Of a DNA stretch of 64,000 nucleotides, positions 1-12,997 are shown piece after piece (within the stretch, counting starts at the first letter, position 1; every line of letters starts with the position of its first letter). The notes under the pieces are model-generated. The model saw only the letters and a program-made list of their open reading frames with translations. It was not told the DNA's origin and did no database searches. The translations under genes and the position numbers were made by a program. Source of the stretch: Adineta vaga (lineage: Eukaryota > Animalia > Rotifera). The stretch covers positions 9,052,001 through 9,116,000 of the forward strand of contig CP075496.1 of NCBI GenBank assembly GCA_021613535.1, given 5' to 3'.

Positions 1-1007
1 TACAAAGCTTTTAATCCAAGCGATGATTCATCATTGCATGTAGTATAGGGTGCTGGTAAAAGGTAATTTGTCTTCTTACTATAACCAAATTTGTATTTTC
101 GCCCTGGAGCTAATTGAGTATTGGCTCGATCGATAAGCGGCATTTGTTGGTTATCATGCACCATTGCTACGATACTCACACCTACATATATATCTGATAG
201 TTATTAAAAGTGAATCAAACAAATATATTTACCGTCAGTTAAATACGGAACATATTGATGACTATGTGTGTATAAACCTAATTCTAATGCACCGCTTTTA
301 CCATTTTCATTATTATAGTGTAATTCACCATTGTTGATATATGTTGCTAGAGCATTAAAAGTATAACAATGACCATACAGAGGTAGTTTGAATTGAATAA
401 AATCAGCAGCAGAACAATTCATACCATTATAAACACATTTCACTAGCATTGATTCAAGTGGAAAATAAAATTCGCTTAATGATTCATTACGATTGAGTTT
501 CGTTTGTAAGAAATCAATTATATGCAATCCTTGATTTCTAGTAAATACTGTTGTATCTGTTGTATTTGTCCAATTGAGTGAATTTGTATAGTTAAGATAA
601 GGTCCAATAAATTGATCATAACGTAATGGAGAATAATTACAAATAGTCACACCTGGAAATGGTTGTGGCCATTGACCAACGAATTCTACAGATGTTTGTG
701 TTGGATATTGAAAATAAGCAATAATTGCTTGACTTATAAAATAACACATTATACCAGTAAAGATTAAAAACGAAGCTGTCCAAAAGAAACGATTGTGTAT
801 ACTTTCGCTACGTGCAATACCTGGAATTCCATGCATAGATGTGTTCAAACTAAATTCTTTTATAATTGGACCAGGAGTACGATATTTTGCATCCGGTTTT
901 AAAGCTTCAGGTTTTATTGGAAATACAGCTGCTATCTCATTGATTGCACTAGTCGTCGGTTTCAACTTATTTTGAGAAGATAATGTGCTTGTTGTAAATG
1001 GAAGCAT
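1..1007 (-). CDS. DEG/ENaC/ASIC-family amiloride-sensitive sodium channel subunit (3' part runs off the window start)
   Basis: TSMHG(IP) pre-TM1 HG motif, TM1 (FFWTASFLIF...), FPGVTICN, GHCYTFN and GALELGL motifs. GT-AG intron 182-232, then the coding frame continues (IVAMVHDNQQMP...) to position 1. Confidence 0.93.
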
Positions 1008-2472
1008 TTTTTTTAAGAAACCTGTTATTGTATCAATTTATATATGTATATGTTCTAATTCACACTATGTTTGCCTTATATACACACGTATACAGAAAGC
1101 ATTATGTATTTTTTTATTTTCGTTCGATAAAATTGCTATGTAGGTGGTCTAAATATTGCTGCGAGCATGAAAAGCATTCATGACATGAGTCAATAGAATA
1201 ATAATCTCTAGTCATGTTCGTTTTTTTTAACATAATTATTGCCAGGTCTTACGGTCAAATACAAAGACTGCAACGAAAGTTTGTTATTGAAATACTTTAA
1301 CATTTGTTTAGTCAAAAGTACGGAAATTTTAATGTACGAATAATACACATTATTTCCTTTGATAATATGAAAAGAAGACTAATAGACAGGTTTTCTTTTC
1401 TTATAAAGTGTACCAAAAAGTAATATTATGTTATTAAATTACATAGAAATTTTGCCGATACGATTTTTATATAAAAAAATATGAATGTAGGCGAATGTCA
1501 TGAAATCATCATCATTATTTTCTTATGTCTGCTATGATTTTAATTCTGTTGGTGTTTATACATTGCACGGGATGGTTAATTTTAAGTAAATAAAAAAAAA
1601 CTTCTTCAAGGTCATAATGAAAAAGTACAAGTGCAGAGAATGAGACAAATTATTTATAAGAATATAGTTTAGAGTAGAATATTCTGTTTTCAATGTAATC
1701 ACTAAACTGCTATGACAGTTTGATCTAACATCATACCTAATTGAATTCCGATTGAACAGATCGTTGTCTTCAAATTTGTTCGAGCGTTTTAACCAAAATC
1801 TACATATCCATCGATCGTATCACTATATCGAGATTGATAAAAAAATCTATACAATTGATACAAAGTGTAGATGATCGAGTTCAAGAATGCTATTCAAATA
1901 ATAAGAATTAGGACATGTCAATACATGAGGAATATATTCATGGACTTCATACTGCAAATCAAATTTATTTTACGATGATGTACATCCATATTTTTTGTAG
2001 TATATAAACAAGAACTATGAAATCTCGTAAAGATTATTTCGAAAATATATGGCAAGAATGATATAGCATTCTTGTCAACGTTTCTTGTTGCCTCTATAAT
2101 AGTTTATCTAAGTATCAAGTGTATATACTGCTATAACATGTTGGTAGTTAAAGAAAAAAGAAACAAATATTATCAGGTAATAAAGTTTTTGTTGTGCAAG
2201 TAAGAGCAACTACTTCAGAGAGTCATGTCGAACAAACAGCGACTTTCGGAGAATAGAAATTTAAAAAGTATGAATTCAACGACTTTTATTTCTTTTTTTC
2301 TAAACGAATGAAATTCTTTTTCAATCCTTTTTCTTTTGTTGCATGTGACATTTAATAAACTACTTTTATTTATTTTCAGAAAATGACAAAAGACACAATC
2401 ATGCCTTTTGAAGAGTAAATTTGATTTCATCACATTCCATAATTTCACAAATTGATATCTATTGAAGACACA

Positions 2473-4856
2473 ATGGCACATGTGATGGATACACCTAGCA
2501 CTGATAGAAAAGCGCGGCCTGATGTGAAAAATTATCATTTGATTTGGTTAGCACATAATATTGACAAATTGAAAGAAGATTTTTCGCAATCATTTAATAA
2601 TGTGCAAACTATTACGAAGTCCATGGAAACATTTAATACTGTCGATATCTTTATAGATTATCTCTTTGAAAATAATCATAAAAAAGTCATCTTGTTACTG
2701 TCAGGTGCTTTGGGAGAGAATACAGTACCTATTATCCATGATGCACTTCATCTTGATTCTATTTTTGTTTTCTGTATTAATCGAATTCACCATGAAAAAT
2801 GGGCCAAAGATTGGACAAAAGTAGCTGGTGTTTTCGATAATATTGATACAATGTGTGAAGCAGTAAAACAAATGTTACAAAAACAAAAATCTATTCAATC
2901 TCGCTGAGTCCAATTGAAATAGATCCACCGATTATTGAACATCGATCAGTTACACCAGAGCTACCACGACAAGATAATCATCGTGATAAACCGATTGTAA
3001 CCGATGATCAGAAACGACGATCAAAACAGAAACATTCTCGTCGTCATGATCATTCACAAGAATTCATCCATACGAAAGACGATATGAAAACTACTACCTC
3101 TTTAACATTATCAAAAGATAAAGAAACAAAGATTACTCCCTCACATCAACCATCTGATAAGAATGAAGATAGAATTATTTCATTAGTTAATTCATGTATA
3201 CCAGCGAAACAAGACACATCAGATTCTCAATCTTTATTTTCATCGAACTTAGACCAACTTCGTGATACTTTAATTACTATAACAGAACGAAAACTCGGTG
3301 AAACCCTTCTTCACGGTCGTGATGGTCATGGAGCGACGTCATCAAATAGAGATACAGTTGACAGATTTCAACACACGCTCATGGAAACAATAGGACATCG
3401 TGTTCCATCGAAAAGCAATGATATAAATGAACTAAATAAAATGTTTGCTGATTTGAAACAATCACTTATTGATACACTTGTACAACAACAACCGTTATTG
3501 TTACAAGAACTTATTAAACAAACAGTAGAGGATGCAATCAAAGGCCAACAAAGTTCATCGATAAGTCTTCAATCTAAAATGAGTGATTCATCAATTTCTC
3601 GACGAACTATTACATTAGCTACTGTTCGTGAAGTAAAAATCATGGCTGATTCGCAGAAAACTCGTATCGATGCTGCATTTCGTCAACAACGTGATGCTGT
3701 TGTTGCTAATAAAAGCTTTCGTGATACTGTGCGACAATGGTCAACAGTTACTTCAATGGATGATCTCATTTCTAATATAAAAAAACATGGTTCTAATGAT
3801 TTAGAATATGCCTGGTTATTGTTCTGTTGGATTGGTCAAAATATCAAGTATGCATTACATTGTAACATCAATGCTGCTGAAACTGTGTTTCGTACAAGAC
3901 AAGGTGTTTGTCGTGGTTTTGCTAGTCTCTATCATGAATGTTGTACACTATTAGGTATTCAATGTTTTGAAATCAGTGGATTTTCTAAAAATAATTTTGT
4001 TAGATCATTCGAAGAACTTAAACATTCACCTCATGCTTGGAATAGTATTGTACTTGATAAACATACTTATTTAGTTGATCCAACATGGGGTGCAGGTGGT
4101 CGAGATAATGAAACTATTCTAGAAGATTTCTATTTTCTTACTTCACCCGAAGAATTTATTTATTCACATTTTTGTACTGGTACACAACTACTCAATCCAG
4201 AAATTACGATCAATGAATTTCTTAGTTTACCAGTGATGAAATCGAATTATTATCAATTTGGTTTAAATTTATTATCACCTAAACAAGGTTTTAATGAAAT
4301 CAAAGATAATCTATTTAAAATTTCTGTTCGAACACCAAAACATATTGAATTATCTGCTAGTTTGAAAATAGGTAATGAGCAATATCCACGTAATTTACAT
4401 ACATTGTGTCAACGTGATGAAAATAATTCTGATATATACAATTGTTTTATTGCTCCACCTGTTGATGGTCTTTATGATATTGATATATATGCTAAAACTC
4501 ATCAAGAAACATCCTATCAAGGTGTTATCAATATGCGATTACGTGTTTCAAATATTATGAATAGTCTTACTTTTCCTATTACGTATTTAACTTTTTCAGA
4601 ACATAATTGTATTTTGATTGAACCTTTACAACGTCTCATCTATAAAAATGAGGAAATATTGATTCATATGATTATACCTCATGCTAATGTAATAAGAATT
4701 GATAATAATGATCACCAGATGGTACCCGATAAAGATGAATATAAGAATGGTATTTTGAAGAAGAAAATATTTGTTCAAGGTGACGTTAAGATATGTGGAC
4801 GATGGGATGCTAATGCCGATACAATTTCAATTATCTGTACTTTTCATATGGCTTAA
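2473..4856 (+). CDS. Receiver-like N-terminal domain + transglutaminase-like cysteine peptidase (kyphoscoliosis peptidase/hillarin-like); one frameshift at ~2859-2905 joins ORFs 2452-2907 and 3084-4856
   Basis: TGc-type triad motifs GVCRGFA, HAWN, LVDPTWGAG and DFYFLTSPEEFIYSH, followed by beta-rich Ig-like tail. The 3084 frame is open back to 2859, and one extra T gives ...KQKSISISLSPIE.... The N-terminal IWL...SGALG..VP.IHD...LDSIFVFC...WAK.W.KV.GVF block is a receiver-like module I recall as common in rotifer proteins. Confidence 0.8.
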
Positions 4857-5093
4857 CGACAAAAGATTTTTTCTGTTTTTTTTATTATTTTTATTATAAA
4901 ACCAATATCGAAAGCTATAACTGATGAAATAATCAAGAGAAATATATGTGGACACATGTCTTTTCCTTTTCGTTCTTCATCTATCGTCGACGATATATTC
5001 TTTTTTCGAAGTGGCACGTGTATTTATTTGCTTATATTTACTTTTAGAAAAAGAAACGACAGTCAGAATTTGTCTTTTAACTACATCGATAAT

Positions 5094-5858
5094 ATGTCGA
5101 CAAAACCACTTGCTATTATTACTGGTGCTGCATCAGGAATTGGACGGGCTGTAGCTCAACAATTAACAAAGACACATTCACTTTTACTGATTGATCGAGG
5201 AGAATTTGAACAAGGTTTAGAAGCAGAAACATTAAATTTTGATGTTTCACAAGTGGATCAATGGCATAAAGTCACAGATGCCATCAAGGATCGATCCATC
5301 GATTTTATTATGTTGAATGCAGGTATTGGACAAAAGCCGTCATGGACTGATCCAGCTGGATGGCGTACAATGATGGATACGAATTTGTTTGGTGTAGTTA
5401 ATGGAATTGCAACAATTCTTCCACTCATCGAAAACAAAAAAGCAACAATTGTTATCACCGGATCAAAACAAGGTGTTACTAATCCTCCTGGAAATCCTGC
5501 TTATAATGCTTCAAAAGCTGCTATTAAATCTCTTACTGAAAGTCTTTCTTACGATCTTCGTCAAACGAATATTGAAGTATATCTTTTACTTCCTGGCTAT
5601 ACTTATACTGGTATGACTCGTAGTACTTCAACAAGTAAACCAGACTCAGCATGGAATCCTGAACAAGTTGCATCCTATATGTTTGATAAGATTAAACAAA
5701 AACAATTCTATATTCTTTGCCCGGACAATGCTGTGACGAATGAACTTGATCATAAACGAATAACTTGGAATTTACGTGATATAACTGAAGGTCGTCCAGC
5801 TCTTTCTCGATGGCGAGAAGAAACTGCTGATGAATTCGAACAGTATATTAAGCAATAA
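5094..5858 (+). CDS. Short-chain dehydrogenase/reductase (microbial-type), intronless
   Basis: ITGAASGIG, LNAGIG, ITGSKQG.TNPPGNPAYNASK (YxxxK). Likely start is ATG 5094 (MSTKPLA); the track start 4956 adds an unlikely N-terminal extension. Confidence 0.92.
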   Translation: MSTKPLAIITGAASGIGRAVAQQLTKTHSLLLIDRGEFEQGLEAETLNFDVSQVDQWHKVTDAIKDRSIDFIMLNAGIGQKPSWTDPAGWRTMMDTNLFGVVNGIATILPLIENKKATIVITGSKQGVTNPPGNPAYNASKAAIKSLTESLSYDLRQTNIEVYLLLPGYTYTGMTRSTSTSKPDSAWNPEQVASYMFDKIKQKQFYILCPDNAVTNELDHKRITWNLRDITEGRPALSRWREETADEFEQYIKQ

Positions 5859-5937
5859 CTTGATTTTCTTTCATTGAATGATGACAATTATTTTTATTAT
5901 ACTTTTATCTTTTATTTCAACAAAATAAAGATTTATT

Positions 5938-7323
5938 TTATCGATATTTATGCATCATCTTCTGTTCTACTAATCGTTGATAATCTTGTTCTCTTAATCC
6001 TAATAGAATATTAACTGATTCATCTCGTTTGTGTGAATCCATCATAGCAAAATATCTAGGATATCGTTGTTTTGTTGGTCCACTATAAATTGGATAATTA
6101 TCACCACCACCACCGAAGTTTCCTCCTAACATATTCACTTTTCTCCATGATGCACAATGAAAATCACGATTGATCAGATCAGCATCGACTTGATTCTTTC
6201 GGATGTTCCCGTCATCGCTGGATAGATAAGCATTGTAATGTTTTAATGATTTATCTGTTTGTTTTGTATACATTTCATGAATTAATTGAGCTAAGGACGA
6301 AAGAGTCGGTGGTTCGTCGGCTGTCCATTTCCCATAAAGCCAAAAAGGAAATGAACCAAAATAATGAAGTACAGCTGGTGAACAAGAGGAAACAAACCGT
6401 GATCGTCCATTGAATGATTGAAGAATTCTAATTTTTTTCTCATCAATAAATGATGTTTGTGTTGCATGAGCAATAACTAAAATCATATGTGCATAGAGTG
6501 CATCATATGTACTGATATAGTCAACAGTTGCTGAAAGATGTTTTATAGCTTCTGCTTTGATATTTTTCAATTCATTTGCAGAAAAATAATAAACTCGAGT
6601 AATAACACGTTGCTGTTGTTGAGTTGGAGTAAATATTGATTCTGATGGTAGAGGAATGTCTCGACTAAAAACACAATCAGATGGACGAATAATTGTTGTA
6701 TTCAATTGTTTTTCTTCTGGCGAGAAAAGAACGAACAATTTGTCCATCATTGGAAGATTTTTAGGCATTGTTCCACCAGCTGCCCAACTAGTAATAAAAT
6801 GTGCTGTACTTTGTGCATCCATTAAACAATGAAACGCTGATATTGTTATCATAACAGAATCACATTGAAGACGTGTTATCTGTATAGAGATCATGGGTCC
6901 TGTCCAATCATTTGCTACTGGAACATTCAAATCTGATGCATTGATATGATCATAATCAAATTCTTCATCATCGGATGTTCGTTGAATAAAATAATCTAGT
7001 GTTTGATCTGAACATTGTGCTTCTGTGAAAAGAACACCTTCATTATTCAGATGAATCGTAGCATTTCCATTCACATCTTCTGTTAGACGGCCAGCTAGAA
7101 TTGGAAAATAATTAAGTGTATCCGATAATGTTGATTGCAGTTGTTTCATTGGCATAAATGCTTCTTTGGATAATTTTAATTTATTTTCATAAATCCAAAT
7201 CATACTAATTGGAGTAGATTTTGTATTAGATTCAACAGCCATACAAGTAATCGTTTGAGCATCATCTTTTGATGGATTAGAACATTTAATGAAGATAGAT
7301 GGATCTTTGTTGATGGTACACAT
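5938..7323 (-). CDS. BAHD/transferase-family CoA-dependent acyltransferase, intronless
   Basis: LSDTLNYFPILAGRL, GVLFTEA, QITRLQCD, catalytic HxxxD (HCLMD), SW and DFGWG-like GNFGGG. First ATG 7323. Confidence 0.9.
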   Translation of the reverse strand: MCTINKDPSIFIKCSNPSKDDAQTITCMAVESNTKSTPISMIWIYENKLKLSKEAFMPMKQLQSTLSDTLNYFPILAGRLTEDVNGNATIHLNNEGVLFTEAQCSDQTLDYFIQRTSDDEEFDYDHINASDLNVPVANDWTGPMISIQITRLQCDSVMITISAFHCLMDAQSTAHFITSWAAGGTMPKNLPMMDKLFVLFSPEEKQLNTTIIRPSDCVFSRDIPLPSESIFTPTQQQQRVITRVYYFSANELKNIKAEAIKHLSATVDYISTYDALYAHMILVIAHATQTSFIDEKKIRILQSFNGRSRFVSSCSPAVLHYFGSFPFWLYGKWTADEPPTLSSLAQLIHEMYTKQTDKSLKHYNAYLSSDDGNIRKNQVDADLINRDFHCASWRKVNMLGGNFGGGGDNYPIYSGPTKQRYPRYFAMMDSHKRDESVNILLGLREQDYQRLVEQKMMHKYR

Positions 7324-8072
7324 ATTCTTGATTGATACAGCCAATAAATAAAGTGAGTTTGATATGTGTCAGTTGTGAATAAAGACCTTGTTATTTATAT
7401 TTGCCTAGATTAGATGTCGAAATTACATCGTGTTCTGATGAAATAACATATAGAACAAAAAAGTGACAAATAGTGCAAAGAAAGCAAGATTTGCAGATCA
7501 AAAGAGCAAACGATAGTAATATATGTGGATATAATCTATTCTATTCGTTCGTCATAATTTAAAAACAGAATAATAAAATCTTTATTTATTAAATTTTTTT
7601 ATACTACGGTACTATTGAATTATTGAAATAAAATTGCTCATAGAGATATTATTTCACTTTGCGATACCGATATTTCAGTCAGATCATAGGATCATATCAA
7701 GAATCTCTTTCTTCTTTCTATGATTCATCGAATATTCCTACGAGCACATAGATGTCACATGTATGCAATGAATATATCATCCGAATAGTATATACGGGGA
7801 TGAGAGTATGTCATATGTTATAAGTACTGATATTGAACATGACACATATTCCAACAGGATTAAAAAAGAGTCAAATAGATTTGGCTATTATAGAATATCT
7901 TTCAGTTGTCTCTGTCTCAATGGTAATTATTATGCTTTAGTTTATAGTGGATCGATCAAAGACTATGATTGAATGCTTATTTTATATATTCACTTTGATC
8001 TCATATATAAATGAAACTATACAATTAATCAATGAAAATAAGACAGATGACAACATGAAATTTAAATTAACT

Positions 8073-9065
8073 TCAACAGTGTTCATGGGAATCAATCGTA
8101 TGCATCTTCATAGGTCTTGCTGAATGGAATGTATTGAAGTCTTTAGGTTGTACTCGTCGTATTGGTATCCAATAGAATAATTTGTTCTTTAATACTTTTC
8201 GAAATTCACTTGATTTATAGACATATATGTAGAAAGTAAAGACATAATTGAAATGATAAAAAATCAAAATAACTTGACCGCAAAAATTTTCTATTTCAAT
8301 TCGTAATGCACTTTTACTCAGATCATTGGTCAATTCAATATAAACACTTTGAAAACCAAATGGAATACCGGATATAGCAAGTATAATCAATTGAGGCACC
8401 AACATTGCTCGAACTTGTTTCGTAAGTTTGGCATGTGCTTCATGAACATTGTTTGTACGAAGATTTCTCACCGTACCTAATGTACAATACGTAATCACTC
8501 CAACAGGCCCCACACCATAAACGAAAGGTATAAATGCATAGGTATTGAATTTTGTATATGGTCCAGGTATGAAAGTGCAAACATGATTGATAATGCCCGT
8601 ATTGAAAATAACTGGTATATAGATTAATATCCAAAATATCACTGTACAAAGGATGACTAATCGAACAGTACGAAGAGAACCCCAACGATTTCGAATGATA
8701 ACATGTGGAGATGTAGCAACGTATTGATCAAAAGCAGCCCAGCATGGAAATGAAATAGCCGCTACAGTTGTAACATATCGTAAATATGTATGTTCACGAC
8801 AAGCACTTTCATTTGTATTCATCAGTGACACATTAAAACCATACACAAGGATCATTTGTATATAAATCGATGGTAGATGAATACCGGTAATAATCGCACC
8901 TGCTAATAAATATGTTAAACTTGTATTTTGTCGAAATGCACGTTTTTGAAGAATAACGACAACAATTAATATCGACCCAATCATTCCCAGTATTAACATT
9001 GGTATGGCAAAGATATAGTTAAGAAAACGTGTAAGAAAACTGAATGTTTCTTCCATGGACATCAT
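8073..9065 (-). CDS. Rhodopsin-like 7TM GPCR, intronless
   Basis: Seven hydrophobic segments, AAFDQY (DRY-like), TFYIYVYKSSEFRKVL in TM7/helix 8. Confidence 0.85.
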   Translation of the reverse strand: MMSMEETFSFLTRFLNYIFAIPMLILGMIGSILIVVVILQKRAFRQNTSLTYLLAGAIITGIHLPSIYIQMILVYGFNVSLMNTNESACREHTYLRYVTTVAAISFPCWAAFDQYVATSPHVIIRNRWGSLRTVRLVILCTVIFWILIYIPVIFNTGIINHVCTFIPGPYTKFNTYAFIPFVYGVGPVGVITYCTLGTVRNLRTNNVHEAHAKLTKQVRAMLVPQLIILAISGIPFGFQSVYIELTNDLSKSALRIEIENFCGQVILIFYHFNYVFTFYIYVYKSSEFRKVLKNKLFYWIPIRRVQPKDFNTFHSARPMKMHTIDSHEHC

Positions 9066-9479
9066 TTTTATGCCATCCAACAATTTTATTTGGCTTTTAT
9101 AGTACTATAGTGCATGAAGTCGTTTTTTCTCTCTGTAATTACTATATTCTTCTTCTACAACAATAATGATGCTAATGAGAGGGAGAAATTGATTCAAGAA
9201 AATCTTTCAACTGAACTTTGAAGCTCCTTACAAAGCACAATTATCATTTGAAGAAACCTTGTTTTTTATCGCGACTTTTCTCGAACACTTTTATTTTCTC
9301 AATTGAGTACTGACCTTTTCTCTTCATTAAAAAAAAAGATCATCATGTTATTTGCGTCTAAAAAGTAGGTCATGATCGACTCAAGTACTTTATTTTAACT
9401 TCAATAGATATGGTATATACGCAACATAATTAAATTGAATAAAAAATATTTTTTACATCATCAAAATTCAAATTCTTTA

Positions 9480-11203
9480 TTAAAAACGTATATAAAGCAA
9501 AAGAGACAAAAGAATAAGGGGTAAGTGATATTTCTTGGTATATACGACGGCAGTTATTGAAGAAGATAGTTTACGAGACATACATTCTGTTTTCATATCT
9601 TTCGTTGGTAATCTTTTTTCTAACCAAGAACTTAATACATCTATTGAACACATAACATTTGAACATGCTAAAACATATAAATAACTTTAGAATTACATAG
9701 AAGAAGAAAAACTTACGTTGTAATTGAAGTGGATAACTAATAAAAGTATCTGTTGAGTTTAAATATTCAACTTTTAATGCATAGCTATTATTTACTTTTA
9801 TAGAATTTAAAGAATATTTTTCAAAAAAGACATGTCGATGTTTTAAATTACCTGGAAGACAATATAAATCAAAGAATAATGTACCGCAATAGGGTGGATG
9901 ATGAATATAATTTACTCCGAAAAATGATAAGATTGCAACAATTGATGCATCATGCTAGAAAATACAAATATTCATTTCTTTATTTGATATTAACAAGATT
10001 ATATTTACACCAGAATATATTTTAGCTTTATATCCATGAGATTGATTTGTAATTAAATTTTGAATATTATCCCAAATATCATCAATTAATGGACCTAGAA
10101 ATGAAGCAATGATAGTTATTTTTAATTGAATGAATGGTCTTCACCGCCAATCAATCGATTTGTTTCTGATGAACGAAAAAGGTAATAGAATGACAAATCA
10201 ACAATATGTTCAAGTTGAGCAAGAACTGTAGGATTGACCCAGGATGAACTAACATTATACAAAGCCTATATTCGAGAAAGAATATAGATACATCGATGAA
10301 ACCAAACATAATTACTTCAATTAGAATGCCATCAGCTAAGATCCAAGCATCGAATAAGTGATTCACTTCAGATCCTGTCCAGTTTGTTAAATAATCGAAG
10401 AAATTCTAAGTATATTACATAATTCATTTTTAATTCTACCTAACAGACAAAAATGCAATCTTATACTTTCATATCCTTGTTTATATTTTGAACTTGTTCT
10501 TCATTTTGAATCTGTTCGACAAGTTCAAAGAAATATGGACATTGACTAACACCCATTACCTAAAATCAGATCGACTCTCTTTTTTTTCTGAATAAACAAT
10601 ATTTCCTATGTCTATACAAACATAATCCACTGATTGTGGGATTGTATGTACAGGTATTGGTTGCCATGGAAGCAATTCTGGCCATTGATCATTCTCTTTC
10701 ATTTGTGATATAATTAAATCTAATTTTTCCTTGGATGTTGGATATAATCCAATTAAATTAGAATATGCTGACATTAATGTTCTATCATAATCAGAACTTC
10801 GAATATATAACTAAGAAATATAATCAAAAATGAAAATGAAATGTATTTCTTTTTTTTTATTGTACTTCAGAAGCAATATAACTTGAATTGAGAAAGTGAG
10901 AATATCGTTGTCGAAAATATTGACCTAAATAAATTTGTTGAAGTTGCCCTCGACGTGTCAATTGTCCAAAACCATTAGGCCAAAAAGATGAATGAACTTG
11001 ACTTGTTGGATATGCAAAAGCAGGTGTTCGATCTCCATGACGATAGATCTTTATGTTTCAAACAAAAGATAGAACATGTTGAGTTGTAAAATTCAAATCC
11101 GATTTGACCTACTTACAATATGTGTGCCGATTAACTGTGCATTTTGATCAGAACATTCAGTTATACGAAAAACAATGAGTAAAATCAAGCCAAAATAGAA
11201 CAT
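9480..11203 (-). CDS. Histidine acid phosphatase (lysosomal/prostatic type), multi-exon, with signal peptide and C-terminal hydrophobic anchor
   Basis: Manual translation: MFYFGLILLI signal; IYRHGDRTP at ~11022-11048; GFGQLTRRG; RSSDYDRTLMSAYSNLIGLYP; WQPIPVHT; HD motif at ~9950; HPPYCG. Stop at 9480-9482. Multiple short GT-AG introns. Confidence 0.92.
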
Positions 11204-11730
11204 AATGAAAAAAAAACTATTCCTCCGTTACTTTAAACGAAATGGTTTTAAATGTATAAATATCATATAAATCTTCAAGTCTTTTTAAGATAAGATATCA
11301 ATCGATAAATAATGTCACTAACATTAAGAATAAATGTCAACTCTATCAATGACATCATGAAACATATATTGACATTGTTCTACTTATAAATAATTCTATC
11401 ATAGATTTATTCTTACTTGAATAAAATATGTGTTGATTGAAAATAATGTTAGAAGAGAAAGAACAAATCTAGTTATTTGAATGATTTTTATGGATTCGAT
11501 ATCATACAGAGGACAAATTTAAAAGAATTTTTTTTAGAATATTTGAGATGGAACGTATATTTATATTTTAATAACTTTACCTTAGAAATGTTTTTCCTTA
11601 TAATTTGAATAATATTATCAAGATGTCTGTGACATTTATTAACATATTAATAAAGTTTGAAATAATATAAAATAGCATTCGATTTATTCTCTTCAATAGA
11701 CGAGACATACATTTCGCTCTCTAAATTCAA

Positions 11731-12997
11731 ATGGAAAGATATCAATCTACACGAATTGGATTCGTTCCAAAATCAAGTTCATTTCAACATTCAACAAAGG
11801 TAGAATGAAGCAGAATGCCTTTATCGTATAATTATTTTCTGATAATAGGTCGTTCCGATTTCAAATCCTCAACGAAAGATACAGACGAATGCATTTCCAC
11901 CTTTAGATCCTAGTCTGATTTCTACATTTTCTACTAATTCGTTCGAAAAACAATATTCAACAAAGAATCATGATCAAAGCAAACCATCATTATCGATTTC
12001 ACCCATTATTTCAAATAAAGATTCTTTAATGTAACTTTTTGATTCTATACGTTTGTATTAATTATCACGTGGTTAACCGTGTATTTTTTTTGAAATTAGA
12101 AACTCACCGGTTACAAAACAAAAGAAGACATATCATCGAATATTCATAATTTCTCTTATAATTCTAATCATGTTCATTGCTTTAACTGCTATGGCTATTT
12201 CTACGTATTTGTTCATTATGGCATCAAGAAACACAACGACGACTACTACAAGTAAAATCTTGTGCTATTTCCACAAACTTTTATTATAACAATACACTGA
12301 ATAATGTTTTTTTTTCTTGCATTTATTTTTAGCAACGACGACTACTGTAACTACAACAACGAGTAAGTTCATCTGAGAAAAAAGCAGAGAAAAATAATGA
12401 TTCTAATTATTGTCAATTTTTAGCAACAACAACAAGTAAGAATGCAATGTGTAATAAATAAAGTTTCATATCTTGCATATATTGATAGCAACATCGACAA
12501 GTACGACTACAACTACGAGTAAATAGTTTTTAAATGAGTACTAATAGTCATATCATCTTCTTCTATATTCTCTCTTAAAAGCAACATCATTCTATTGTCC
12601 ACCAGTAGTATATTCAGTTACGTTTACCAGTGGAGTCTATTCACCAATCTTATGTTCTATCTGGACATCTTTCACAGCGAGTTTAACATGCTCAAATTAT
12701 ACATCATTTTCTTTGAATGGTACCTATGATCCGAACGGTTATACTGCAACTGATCGAACTGTAGTCAATGGTGTTGCTATAGCTTTACGAACTTCAACTA
12801 CGTATGTTGGCAATTCAAATGGGATTACATGGAGGGTTGGTTCATGTGGTGGGTCAGAATTGACTACAACCGGTAGTATTTGCCAGTGTGCTACAGGAAA
12901 CACTTTAAGACCCTGTGTTGGCGGAGCAAGTTTTGGTGGTCTTGCCAGCTCATCATGTAGCGCACCAACTCAAGTGATAACACTTTCTTTTGAGTGA
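11731..12997 (+). CDS. Type II membrane protein: cytoplasmic N-terminus, TM, Thr-rich stalk (micro-exons), Cys/Gly-rich C-terminal ectodomain
   Basis: Exons 11731-11799, 11849-12030, 12100-12251, 12333-12362, 12424-12435, 12489-12518 and 12582-12997 splice in frame with GT-AG boundaries. TM is IFIISLIILIMFIALTAMAISTYLFIM; C-terminal WRVGSCGG...CQC...LRPCVGG..FGG....C. Confidence 0.8.

Noticed and set aside
1740-2080. Possible decayed coding remnant (…LFYDDVHP…, DxxHP-like)
   Set aside because: Multiple stops and too little motif evidence to assign.
2859-2907. Programmed -1 ribosomal frameshift joining the two ORFs
   Set aside because: No canonical X XXY YYZ heptamer in frame and no obvious downstream structure; the same lesion type recurs throughout the window.
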